In this document: one piece after another, positions 54,301 to 63,036 of the stretch
How the letters are laid out: each line of letters opens with the position of its first letter
Numbering within the stretch: the first letter of the stretch is position 1
IMG/VR virus record: IMGVR_UViG_3300045988_125802
Strand: one strand, 5' to 3'
From: a virus
DNA: 64,000 nucleotides
Position numbers and translations under genes: made by a program
Notes under the pieces: model-generated
The model's input: only the letters and a program-made list of their open reading frames with translations
What the model was told of the DNA's origin: nothing
Database searches by the model: none

Positions 54301-57300
54301 ATTAATGATTACCTTCTCATAAGTACCATCTGGTTTTCTTACCTTCTTACTGATAACAATACCATCACCTGCCCTACTACTAAACCAAGTAACCATAATA
54401 TCCTGCATATACAAGTCTTGTGCTAAATCTTGCATAGCAGCAGATACATCATCTTGTGATGTAGCAGTTGATAACTTAGTAATGGCATTCTTTATATCCT
54501 CTCCAACAGGAGTAGAACTTACATTGCTATCATTCAGATTGAACTCTTCATTATTAAAATGCTTAACCCTCACAGCAGCAGGAGAATACTTACCAGCTCC
54601 ATTAGGTATAAGCAGATATAATCTACCTTCCTTTTGGCTCATATCCACTGGCTTGATAATAAGACTATCATCAACCTTACCATTAGTGGTAAGAACACCA
54701 TTCTTTATAATACCAAAGACAGGTTTTCTATCAGTTGAAGATACATTAGGTATTTCAGACAAACTCCTTTCAGTATTACCATAAGGAACTCTACCTACCA
54801 TTACCTTAGATACCTTTGTAACAGGTGTGGCAATGAACTTGCCAGTCTTATTCTGCCTATTAGCATACTCACCTCTTATCTTCTCTTCAAGACCCTTCAA
54901 ACCCTCATACCTTGAAACACTATAATCAGACTCATCCAAACTACCTACTACTTGGTTGTTTCTTTTGTCTACAATGAAGATTGTACTCTCATTATAGTCT
55001 GGGTCAATCATAAAGCCAAGTTCATCACCTGCCTTTAAGTTACCCTCATTTACATATCTGAATGCTCCTTGGTCTCTTAGATAACCATAAATGCCAGAGA
55101 AGTCTACATTCTTTTCTCTCTCACTTACTACAATATCAAATGGTCTAAAATCTCCTTCTTTACTTGCTTCTATATGTAATTCAGGTATAGCAGGCCTATA
55201 GAATTGATTGGAGGTATCTCTATTTGGTCTCTGTGGAGTTTCTACCCTCTCATTGGCTTTCTTATTCTCCTCATTAACCATCTCAGCGGTTATATTACCT
55301 ACAGGTAATTCTGTTGCAGGAAAGTTCCTACTACTTGTTACAGTAGGAATTGTAGATGTGCCACTATCTCCTGTAGTGGTTCTATCATCACCTCTTACAG
55401 TTCCCTCTCTTTTTTCTGCAGGCTTCTTATATTCAGGTGAGAATCTATCCTTGAATCTATTGTCATTGTTTACTTGAAACATTGCATTCTGCAAAGCATA
55501 TTGAGCTTCTTGGAATCTTGTTGCAGATAACTCAACATCACCCTCAGAATCCTCATCAAAGGCATTCTCATTATTGATATAGACTGAGTTAGGGTTAGCC
55601 AACTGTTCAAGATCTTTGGAGTTATTGAACTGGTCTTGAAGAAGCTTTATTGCATCCTGTTTAGTTTGTACATCTGCATCTGAAGAATTGATAGCTAGCC
55701 TTACTTCATTATTATATTGTGAAGTTTCTCTATAGTTCTTAGCCATTTCATTTCCTTCATTCTCTAAAGATTCCAAAATACCATTTACATTTCCTGTATC
55801 ATCTTGAGAATCTATAATGCCTCTAAACTCTTGTAGATTTGTGGCAGAGTTCAATAAATTCTTTAAATCTTTAGATTTCTTCTCTACTTCTTGTTGTATA
55901 GATTGCTTATCTGCCTCTATATGATTCTCTATCTGCTTTTTAGGATTTCCAAGGTATTCTTTTAATTTTGCGTTATATACTTTTGAAGCATTCCCTAACC
56001 TAACAATATCATTAAATTTGGTTATAATATTTTGTTTTTCATCCGCATTAAGTGTAATGTCATCAACTTCATTAATCTCTTTAATAAGCCCATCTACAAG
56101 CTTAGGTCTATTAGCTAATATATATGCAAGTGATTTATCATCTTGATTCATAACTATATTAAGGGCACTAATAGTTTCTTCAATAGCTCTTATATTCTTA
56201 TCTGATTGTAAATATTCCTTAGATAAATTAGCATGTGCTTGGCCCTCATAGCTTCTTATTGCTTGATTAAATCTAAGTATTGCAGATAAATTTCCTATAA
56301 CATTATCAATAGAAGATCTAATATCTTTTGACATCTCAACTGCTCTGTCAGACCAATTATCTATTTGGGATTTCATCCATGTAAGCTCCTCAAGTTGGTC
56401 ATCAGATAATTGCTGTCCAGTTATAATATCAAGCTCATCTCTTATAGTTTGGTATTGCTTAATTGTATTAAGCATATCATCCTTATTCTGAGTGAGTTTT
56501 TCAATCATCTCCTGCTTACTCTCTTCATTCCCAAAATTGACTGATATAGTGCCATCGGCATTTTTTATGGCATATTGAGCAAATGGTCCCACTAAATCTC
56601 CTTTATCTGTTATAGCAGTTGTATTCTCCACTATAGCAATTAAGTTCTCATCTGAAATGTCATAAGCAGAAGAGATTAATGTCTTAAGGTCTTCTGTCCT
56701 ACCTGCATTATCAAACATTGCAATATCAGAGACTAACTGGGCATGTTCTGCATTTTTAAAGTCAAATTCATCACCTTGCTCAGCAGCCTGGTTCATATCA
56801 TTTTGATACTTATTATGTCTAATAAGGCCTTGATAATAATTTCTAAATTCAGGAGAATTTACTCTATTATTTATGTAATCAGCAATATTTCGTTCCCTTG
56901 CTATTTTCTCTCTATATTCTCTCCATTTATTTATGGAACCCCCTTCAATAGTAATAGGAGACTGTAATGAGCCAGACTCATTCTTGATTCCTCTAAATCT
57001 TGGCATACCTAATGCACCTGTCAAAGAACCAATAAAGAACTCTTCCCATGCTGACCCATCATTTACTGTCTCATTGATTCCTTTAGCAAAGGACTTAACC
57101 CATGATAATGTTTCTTGTGCGGCTTCTGGGTTAACCTTTGCTTTGTAGAAATTATTTACGTCAGTAGAGTAGAAATCACCTGATATTCTACTTGCAGCAC
57201 TTTGTAAGATCTCTTCACTACCTTCAGACAGTGCACCTCCTGTAATAGCTACAGCAGTACCTAACTTTGTAGTCCCTGCTGTATATTTCCCAGACTTTTC

Positions 57301-58368
57301 TACTATATTAGTTGCTTTCCTTGCTGTCTTGAAGCCATTGGCATATAATTTATCAAACTGTATAATATTTGACGCAGTAAGGATAGGTAGGTTCATGAGC
57401 ATATCTGCATTACCCATTTTTATCCTATCCTCATTTATTTTACTCAGTACCTCATTATATGTATTAAGCTGTCCTAGAGTTAAATTAGAAGTATTATTAT
57501 CTATTACACCAAACTGATCATCTAGCTTAGCTTTATGTAGGTCGAACCAATCTGTAGAGTTATTCAGAGCTTCAATCCTTCCTTCATTAACTGCTGATAT
57601 AGTGGCACCTACAGCAGAAGTAGCAATAGATGGGAATTGTGAGGCATCTTTTACTATCCTCATGGTTTTAGCTAAATTAGAGGCCTTTTGAGTTAATTTA
57701 GGGGCTGCCCTTAATGCTCCTTTAATTCCAGCAGAGGCGACACCTCCACTATAGAAAGCACCAACTGTAAAGCCAAGATTTTTAATAAATTTATCACCCA
57801 GAAAATTTGAGGTAAGAATATTTTTAGTCCAAGGTTGTTCTCGCTCAGCATCTGTATAATAATTAGGCAATGCTTCCTCTGACCATTTGTTAACAGATTG
57901 CATAGCTCTGGAGAAATCATTATCCCAAAGACCAGATCTAAATCCAGTGTTAGGATCTCCATCTACCAAATTATATACTCCTTGCCCAGCACCAAGTACT
58001 AAACCTATGGTACCATCAAGAAAAGTTGTACCTGCAAGAATAGCACCCTTAGCCAACCCTGCTCCTATTTGTGCATACCATGGTTGTAGCTCTCCCCTTG
58101 TATTAGCTAAATTATCAAGCTGTGATGCAGATGTGATATATTTATCATACCTACTATCATTAATCCCGACAAAACCTATATCCTGTTTTGGTGTAGTAGC
58201 TTGATTGATTGCCTCCATTGTGCCTCTATAGTCATCAGGAAGAGTAAGGATAGAGGTATTAATGTTAATGCCCTTCTCTTTCAATCTATTAATACCTTCC
58301 AAACCCTTTAAGCCCGTAACTCCATTTACAGAAGGGTCTTGTATTTGTTGATCATCTAATACTGCCAT
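51379..58368 (-). CDS. giant virion-type multidomain protein (2329 aa) with RecB-like nuclease and HExxH zincin-like motifs
   Basis: GEVDILSV...RIYDVKTS...QLSAY (52918-52980 region) forms a PD-(D/E)XK set. YHEAFHAVFN is an HExxH motif at 51829-51843. Confidence 0.6.
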   Translation of the reverse strand: MAVLDDQQIQDPSVNGVTGLKGLEGINRLKEKGININTSILTLPDDYRGTMEAINQATTPKQDIGFVGINDSRYDKYITSASQLDNLANTRGELQPWYAQIGAGLAKGAILAGTTFLDGTIGLVLGAGQGVYNLVDGDPNTGFRSGLWDNDFSRAMQSVNKWSEEALPNYYTDAEREQPWTKNILTSNFLGDKFIKNLGFTVGAFYSGGVASAGIKGALRAAPKLTQKASNLAKTMRIVKDASQFPSIATSAVGATISAVNEGRIEALNNSTDWFDLHKAKLDDQFGVIDNNTSNLTLGQLNTYNEVLSKINEDRIKMGNADMLMNLPILTASNIIQFDKLYANGFKTARKATNIVEKSGKYTAGTTKLGTAVAITGGALSEGSEEILQSAASRISGDFYSTDVNNFYKAKVNPEAAQETLSWVKSFAKGINETVNDGSAWEEFFIGSLTGALGMPRFRGIKNESGSLQSPITIEGGSINKWREYREKIARERNIADYINNRVNSPEFRNYYQGLIRHNKYQNDMNQAAEQGDEFDFKNAEHAQLVSDIAMFDNAGRTEDLKTLISSAYDISDENLIAIVENTTAITDKGDLVGPFAQYAIKNADGTISVNFGNEESKQEMIEKLTQNKDDMLNTIKQYQTIRDELDIITGQQLSDDQLEELTWMKSQIDNWSDRAVEMSKDIRSSIDNVIGNLSAILRFNQAIRSYEGQAHANLSKEYLQSDKNIRAIEETISALNIVMNQDDKSLAYILANRPKLVDGLIKEINEVDDITLNADEKQNIITKFNDIVRLGNASKVYNAKLKEYLGNPKKQIENHIEADKQSIQQEVEKKSKDLKNLLNSATNLQEFRGIIDSQDDTGNVNGILESLENEGNEMAKNYRETSQYNNEVRLAINSSDADVQTKQDAIKLLQDQFNNSKDLEQLANPNSVYINNENAFDEDSEGDVELSATRFQEAQYALQNAMFQVNNDNRFKDRFSPEYKKPAEKREGTVRGDDRTTTGDSGTSTIPTVTSSRNFPATELPVGNITAEMVNEENKKANERVETPQRPNRDTSNQFYRPAIPELHIEASKEGDFRPFDIVVSEREKNVDFSGIYGYLRDQGAFRYVNEGNLKAGDELGFMIDPDYNESTIFIVDKRNNQVVGSLDESDYSVSRYEGLKGLEEKIRGEYANRQNKTGKFIATPVTKVSKVMVGRVPYGNTERSLSEIPNVSSTDRKPVFGIIKNGVLTTNGKVDDSLIIKPVDMSQKEGRLYLLIPNGAGKYSPAAVRVKHFNNEEFNLNDSNVSSTPVGEDIKNAITKLSTATSQDDVSAAMQDLAQDLYMQDIMVTWFSSRAGDGIVISKKVRKPDGTYEKVIINGKEQIKEDKYDVYFSTSSKSAEINGINFDVTALEDLGDTSALGTPKNPEDIYNEILGHLIKFNLPLQVSTRRINEGAYNNRLINSNILTSNITEASVRSNWFTTDYFDNEGNLHQAISPASVAPQPKRKVETPVGGTEGAIAGTRIVSVFSNKPYYVDLKTNTIRDDQGRTVEVTDSNRILFDLAWAQDNFGDSTNSSMMVDNKVLTPDGKVLDRSKQTYLSGQEAQDVKDTIAGRKKEREDRVAKSKEVISEIYENQKRIDKTRTDGEFYYVLEDDGEYHQYSRVHSRLGSNWVESDKQTKALELARLNLSKFVDNPTQYENYLKYLENKFKVDLTAYRGKTDAKSRDTIVNIVRDKMSGTNSQRALDAGSAVDSIIRQYFTIRDVSKIVKPSNMSENAFIDLITTLNRVKSNMEQMGERFLADNIVLFQKYPDGTRVAGEVDILSVDKDGNFRIYDVKTSRYSFYDFTTPSATQRMSAKDYYTLQLSAYKNLFESQYGVPVTKLAVMPFVLSYDKENVSAVQSEKGIPIAYNPAVNVPLASAVKVDKSTETPATPAQAQTVLPIFETSLETQNPIEDLTPEHSMNNADEGVGYFELDGKLHKGYVTPLTVIDGVEVHVTKVPNITKGFGKEAAHVASNSFYAVFPNGKTFLFLKNNPVQGGMTQSQVEDAIRKGLEAKPQKVKELASEKTILFDPDAVPTVSATPITTVETPATINQGNTQTGAAYTAQKEQAINDHDEEFEDEFTLRRVDDTEAPVWNQEKELNWISRVLPQLSENDKVQVVKGLIKVGRQGALAWGQFDKGVITLSDIAAEGTAYHEAFHAVFNLLLDNNERQALYDEARKLYGEKDNLSLEEDMAEGFREYVMTRQNRGLGKRILDFFKELFAKVTNWNNFRPSLIDYYRRINEGKYADSTFKVPTISELRGTTSTTTSFNTLSDSMQENLLKKGWTAEKFDSISQKERDQAIKCIAF

Positions 58369-58376
58369 AATTATCT

Positions 58377-60047
58377 TTATTTACTAGATGTATTGCTTTG
58401 TCTCTTTTCAAGAGTGTTAAATCTATTATATATGAACTCCATTAGACCAGGATGGTGAATTCCATTTTCATCATCATATCCATTTATGAATAAAGTAGCT
58501 ACTTCAGGCTCTCCGTTATCTAATGCTATTCTGATGTTTTCTTGGAATTTCTTAACAGTTCTATTAGAATCGTCTAATAATTCAGTATCAATAACTGCTG
58601 ATCTTACCTTACCCTTATTATCAAGGGAAGTAATAATAAATCCCAAATCAGGATCAAATTCTATATTAGCATCTGGTGTGAAATACTTATCTAAATCTTC
58701 AGTATCTATCTCATTCCCTATTACCCCATCCTCAAGCTCTGATAAGCCAGAATTATTAGATCTTCTATAGCGTGATAATGAATTTTTTCTCAGAACATCA
58801 ACAATCAAATCATTCTGTGTAATATTGGGGATATAAGTAAATTCCCTTACTGCACTACTTTTAATATCATTTTCAATCTGCTGTGCAATGTCTTTAAGAT
58901 TACCACTTAGTTTACCATCTGTAATAGTATAATTTATATCTCCATATTTTTTTGCCATCTCTTCTAGTTTATCCACATAAGGATAATATGTTTCCTGCCT
59001 TGTAGGTCCTAATCCTGCATTAATCCAATAATTAGTCATTGGGTCAGGATTTATCATACTGGGATCTATCACCTCTCTTGTATCTTTTTGTTCAAGTAGA
59101 CTTGGGTTAGCTATTATCTCCTTTAAAATTTGCAAATCTGCATTCATTTGGGAAGTTTTCTTAGTTTCATCTACAGAAGATACAGCAGATGTCCTATAAT
59201 AAAGTCTTTTATCATCCTTATTATTCTTCCTATTTTCAGGAGATATATAACCTCTATTAGGTTGTATCTGATATTGAGTATCCCCAACTGCATTCCATAA
59301 TCCCTGTCTTGCGTACTTATAAGCTCTTTCAAGGAGATCCTTATCTCCCCAGCCTGCAATATTTGTACTCTTTATCGCGTCTTCCACTATATTCTCTAGT
59401 ATAGGAGAAGCATTTGGATCATTTTGTAATACTTGAATAATCTCTTCAGGACTATAGCCTCTTTGCATGATGGTTTCATAATATTGATTTCCAAGAATAT
59501 CTCTCCACCTCCTTGGGTTTTCTCTCATCTCCTTAGCTAAATTTTTAGCAGCAGACCCTACTTGATTCATAAGGTTAGCCCCCGAATATGATTGGTAAGT
59601 TAATTGAGGATTCTTAATTAAATCACCGAGTCTTAGTGCAGAAGCATCCTTATCAAACATCAAAGTGTTATCCTGCGATAGTCTCTTTCTCTGTTCATCA
59701 ACAAGCTCTTGTCTCCTTTTATAAGCTTGCTCTATAGGAATAATATCACTTGAATATCTCTGTCTTAATTTTAGCATATTTTGTCTACTCAAAGGATTTA
59801 ATCCTTCTTTAGATAACAACTCCGCCTGATTTTCTACATCGTTAATGTATTCTTTGTAAGTCTTATAAACATCATAATCAGTTTGTTCATTAAGCATCCC
59901 TTCCAACATATTAGCTCCAGTAGCTAACTCAGAGTATTTATTCTCAAGCTCTTGGTGAGCCTGATTAGCTAATTGAACAGGCTGAATCAATTCTGCATAG
60001 GAGAAAGGATTAAATTTGCTATTTGTTACTATGTAATTAACTGCCAT
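58377..60047 (-). CDS. hypothetical virion-module protein (556 aa)
   Basis: Long ATG ORF, 8 nt upstream of the giant gene. Confidence 0.55.
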   Translation of the reverse strand: MAVNYIVTNSKFNPFSYAELIQPVQLANQAHQELENKYSELATGANMLEGMLNEQTDYDVYKTYKEYINDVENQAELLSKEGLNPLSRQNMLKLRQRYSSDIIPIEQAYKRRQELVDEQRKRLSQDNTLMFDKDASALRLGDLIKNPQLTYQSYSGANLMNQVGSAAKNLAKEMRENPRRWRDILGNQYYETIMQRGYSPEEIIQVLQNDPNASPILENIVEDAIKSTNIAGWGDKDLLERAYKYARQGLWNAVGDTQYQIQPNRGYISPENRKNNKDDKRLYYRTSAVSSVDETKKTSQMNADLQILKEIIANPSLLEQKDTREVIDPSMINPDPMTNYWINAGLGPTRQETYYPYVDKLEEMAKKYGDINYTITDGKLSGNLKDIAQQIENDIKSSAVREFTYIPNITQNDLIVDVLRKNSLSRYRRSNNSGLSELEDGVIGNEIDTEDLDKYFTPDANIEFDPDLGFIITSLDNKGKVRSAVIDTELLDDSNRTVKKFQENIRIALDNGEPEVATLFINGYDDENGIHHPGLMEFIYNRFNTLEKRQSNTSSK

Positions 60048-60070
60048 ATTGCTCCTCGTATTTGTATTAA

Positions 60071-62929
60071 TTATCTCCTTTTCTTTCTCTTATAGTGTAC
60101 TTGACCTCTCTTATTAAGAGTATAATCAGAATAGGGATTACTATTTACCATATTTATAGCAAAATTCTCTTTCCCTAATTCTCCCAAAGAAGTTAATAAA
60201 TTAGAAAGATTTGAGGACTTGGCAGCAGAAGTAGCTCTATCTATCTGGTCTCTAAATGAAGCTTCCTGAACAGCTGCTTGTAACCTTACCTTATCTAAGT
60301 TTTGATTAGCTAAAGCTGCTCTCATAGCTCCTTCACTATTTAACTGCTCAGTGCCCCTATTAAACGTTTCTACCCTTTCTTTTTGACTTCTATTATATTC
60401 CTCAGCTTGTCTGGCAAGATTACCAAGTTGCATCTGTGCATTGTTATCAGCAGCCAGTAATGCAGCCATTGCTGTAGCTCTGTTACCATTAGATTGATTC
60501 ATTATAGCTCTTCTATTAGCAGCTGCTTGTGACCTTAATTGATTTGTATAATAATTTCTATCTAGGGGTTTATATGATAAATAGTTACTTACAGGTCTAT
60601 AGGAAACCTCTCTTAAATTTGAAGCAGCTTTGCCAATTAAATTAGGATTAGAATAATCTGGCCTATTGGTTATACCAAGCCTATCTGTCATAACATTGAC
60701 AGCACTTCCTATTATAGGAGCATACCTACTGCCTACTTGAAATGAAGGCACACCATCAGTGCTTTCATACTCATCAGCTCCTCTATTAGCAGGATTTATA
60801 TACCTATTGTAGGGATTACCTATGAGATTTGGAGCAGCTTTGGTTAGATTAGGAGATGTGTTAAAATCTAATGAAATAGAACTGCCTAATCTTTTAATAT
60901 CAGGAATTTGTTTCCACTGTGAAGCATCAGCACCATAAAAAGGTACTTCATATTTAATACCATCCACTGTTTCTATATAGGAATCATTATAGCCATCAAA
61001 TAAGTGGCCACCTAGCTCTTTATAATTCTTATTGTTCTTTATCTTCTTCATCTCCTTTATAACTTCTTGAGCTTGCTGTAACTTATTCATACTATCTTTC
61101 AAACCACTCATACTTATAGGATCATTAGGTCTTTCTTCAGACTCTTTGCTCAATTTTTCAGCTATATAAGCAAAAGAATAATTATTGTATTTAGTAGGTA
61201 ATCCTACTTCCTGCAACACTTTTTTGTCAGGAAAGAGTCTATTACTATAGACATAGTCATTATAGATTACTTCTCCCTCTTCTACCAGATTAGGTTCACC
61301 ATCAGGTGCAATACCCATAGGAACACCATTAAGGGGATTAGTTTCATGTAAGCCCCCCTCATTGATAGTTTTAACCCCATTGGTGAAATCAGTTCTGCGT
61401 GTATCTATCTTTCCTCCCTCATTATATAAAACAGGGATATTTATTTTAGCTTCAGGTATTTCTAATATAGGAGATATACTAGACTCATCTATCTTGCTTA
61501 AATCTTGTCTCTTAATAGGCTTGGGCTTTACTACAGGTTTATCATACTCAAAAGGTTCAGACCCACTTAATTTAATATAGACAGGATAAGAATCTATTGG
61601 ATTCAATTTACCTTTCCTAATAAGATTAGCAGCTCCTGCATTACCCCTATGATACCCTGCTTGGGCATATGCCCAAAGATTATTATCACTTACTTTAGGA
61701 AATTTCTTCTTCATATAGTCTCTCCTGCTGATTAACTCAGCAGCTACTGCTGAAATAGGCTGATACCATTCATCAAAAATAACTGAATTAACAGGCCTTC
61801 CATGCTCATTCATTGTAGGAAATTCATGTACTGGATAGTCTTCTAGAAGTTTAACATCCCCATTCTTGTAATGGGTATAAAAATCACCTAAACCAAAATC
61901 TGTAAATCCTGATAAAGGAGTTCTAGGTAACTCTTTAGCAGTGTTATACATATTAATGTAACTATCTATGACTCCTTCTTGAGCTAACCTTGTAGCCAAT
62001 ACATTAGTTGGGATATTATATCTTTTTGCAATACTCTTAACAGAATCAGCGAATTCAGTATCCCTATCATAATATTTCTGCCTTGCTCCCCTTGGAGAAC
62101 CTCCTATGTAACTGTATTCATCACCAGACAAATATCCCCCATCAGCATGTTTCCATTTACTGGCATTCCTAGCAAAATTAGCCTTCTTAACCATAGCAGG
62201 AGAATAATCTTCTTTGTTAGCCAACACCTGTCTGGCAAATTCCTGAACTCCTTTCCCTCTTCTTTTAGCAGCTGCTGTAAATGTTCCCTTCTTTGAAGGA
62301 TTTATATGTATTTTTCCACCTTCAGCCATATAATTACTTAATAGATCATTTAATTGTCTATCTTCAATGTTATCAGCTCCAACAGCAAAGGCACTTTGTG
62401 CTGCCAAATTTGCAGCATTTCTCTGCTCATTAAGAGTCCTAGTTAAGTTCTTTGCTTTATCAGAAAACCACCCATCAGTCCCAACCTCATCTTGAGATAT
62501 AATCCCAAGAGGAGTCTGAGAAGCTTGTTGGGCAAGTAAATTATCATAGCTACTTTGATCTACTGTAATATTTCTTTGAGAAGCATTGGCTTGTTCAATA
62601 TCTTTTACAGCCTCTTCATTTATATTAGAACCAAATGCTGCATTTACAAGACCTCCCAAGACATTAACACCAGCTCCTATTATACCTCCTACCCCAGGTA
62701 TATTAGAGGCTAAAGAGCCTATAGTTTGCATAGCACTCCCAACTCCTGTTGAATTTCCGCCAGCTAATACATCACTTACCCCTCCAGCAACTGAACCTAA
62801 AGTGTTAAATAAATTCTGAGATTTATTAGTAAGATTGCCAGACACCTTATCTGATATTTTATTCAATCTGTCACCAAAGGCATATAAGTGTAAGGCTCTC
62901 TTATTATTTCTAATCCTTTTATTAGTCAT
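60071..62929 (-). CDS. hypothetical large virion-module protein (about 952 aa)
   Basis: The start is set at MTNKRIRNNK (ATG 62929) because the track N-terminal extension covers a terminator and promoter. There is a Gly-rich N-terminal region. Confidence 0.55.
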   Translation of the reverse strand: MTNKRIRNNKRALHLYAFGDRLNKISDKVSGNLTNKSQNLFNTLGSVAGGVSDVLAGGNSTGVGSAMQTIGSLASNIPGVGGIIGAGVNVLGGLVNAAFGSNINEEAVKDIEQANASQRNITVDQSSYDNLLAQQASQTPLGIISQDEVGTDGWFSDKAKNLTRTLNEQRNAANLAAQSAFAVGADNIEDRQLNDLLSNYMAEGGKIHINPSKKGTFTAAAKRRGKGVQEFARQVLANKEDYSPAMVKKANFARNASKWKHADGGYLSGDEYSYIGGSPRGARQKYYDRDTEFADSVKSIAKRYNIPTNVLATRLAQEGVIDSYINMYNTAKELPRTPLSGFTDFGLGDFYTHYKNGDVKLLEDYPVHEFPTMNEHGRPVNSVIFDEWYQPISAVAAELISRRDYMKKKFPKVSDNNLWAYAQAGYHRGNAGAANLIRKGKLNPIDSYPVYIKLSGSEPFEYDKPVVKPKPIKRQDLSKIDESSISPILEIPEAKINIPVLYNEGGKIDTRRTDFTNGVKTINEGGLHETNPLNGVPMGIAPDGEPNLVEEGEVIYNDYVYSNRLFPDKKVLQEVGLPTKYNNYSFAYIAEKLSKESEERPNDPISMSGLKDSMNKLQQAQEVIKEMKKIKNNKNYKELGGHLFDGYNDSYIETVDGIKYEVPFYGADASQWKQIPDIKRLGSSISLDFNTSPNLTKAAPNLIGNPYNRYINPANRGADEYESTDGVPSFQVGSRYAPIIGSAVNVMTDRLGITNRPDYSNPNLIGKAASNLREVSYRPVSNYLSYKPLDRNYYTNQLRSQAAANRRAIMNQSNGNRATAMAALLAADNNAQMQLGNLARQAEEYNRSQKERVETFNRGTEQLNSEGAMRAALANQNLDKVRLQAAVQEASFRDQIDRATSAAKSSNLSNLLTSLGELGKENFAINMVNSNPYSDYTLNKRGQVHYKRKKRR

Positions 62930-62949
62930 GAATAATAGTTTTAATCTTA

Positions 62950-62981
62950 CAAAGATATAGAAAGAGTTTGTTATATACAAT
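62950..62981 (-). promoter_or_regulatory. Bacteroidota-type promoter (TTG-N20-TATCTTTG) on the minus strand
   Basis: The plus-strand CAAAGATA at 62950-57 is TATCTTTG on the minus strand. The -33 TTG is at 62978-80, and the ATG is at 62929. Confidence 0.5.
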
Positions 62982-62989
62982 AGTTTACT

Positions 62990-63030
62990 TAAAAAAATAA
63001 TACTAGGTAAATCAAATTGTTTACCTAGTA
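62990..63030 (-). terminator. rho-independent terminator (minus strand)
   Basis: TACTAGGTAAA-CAATTTGA-TTTACCTAGTA followed by TTATTTTTTT on the minus strand. Confidence 0.65.
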
Positions 63031-63036
63031 TTAACA

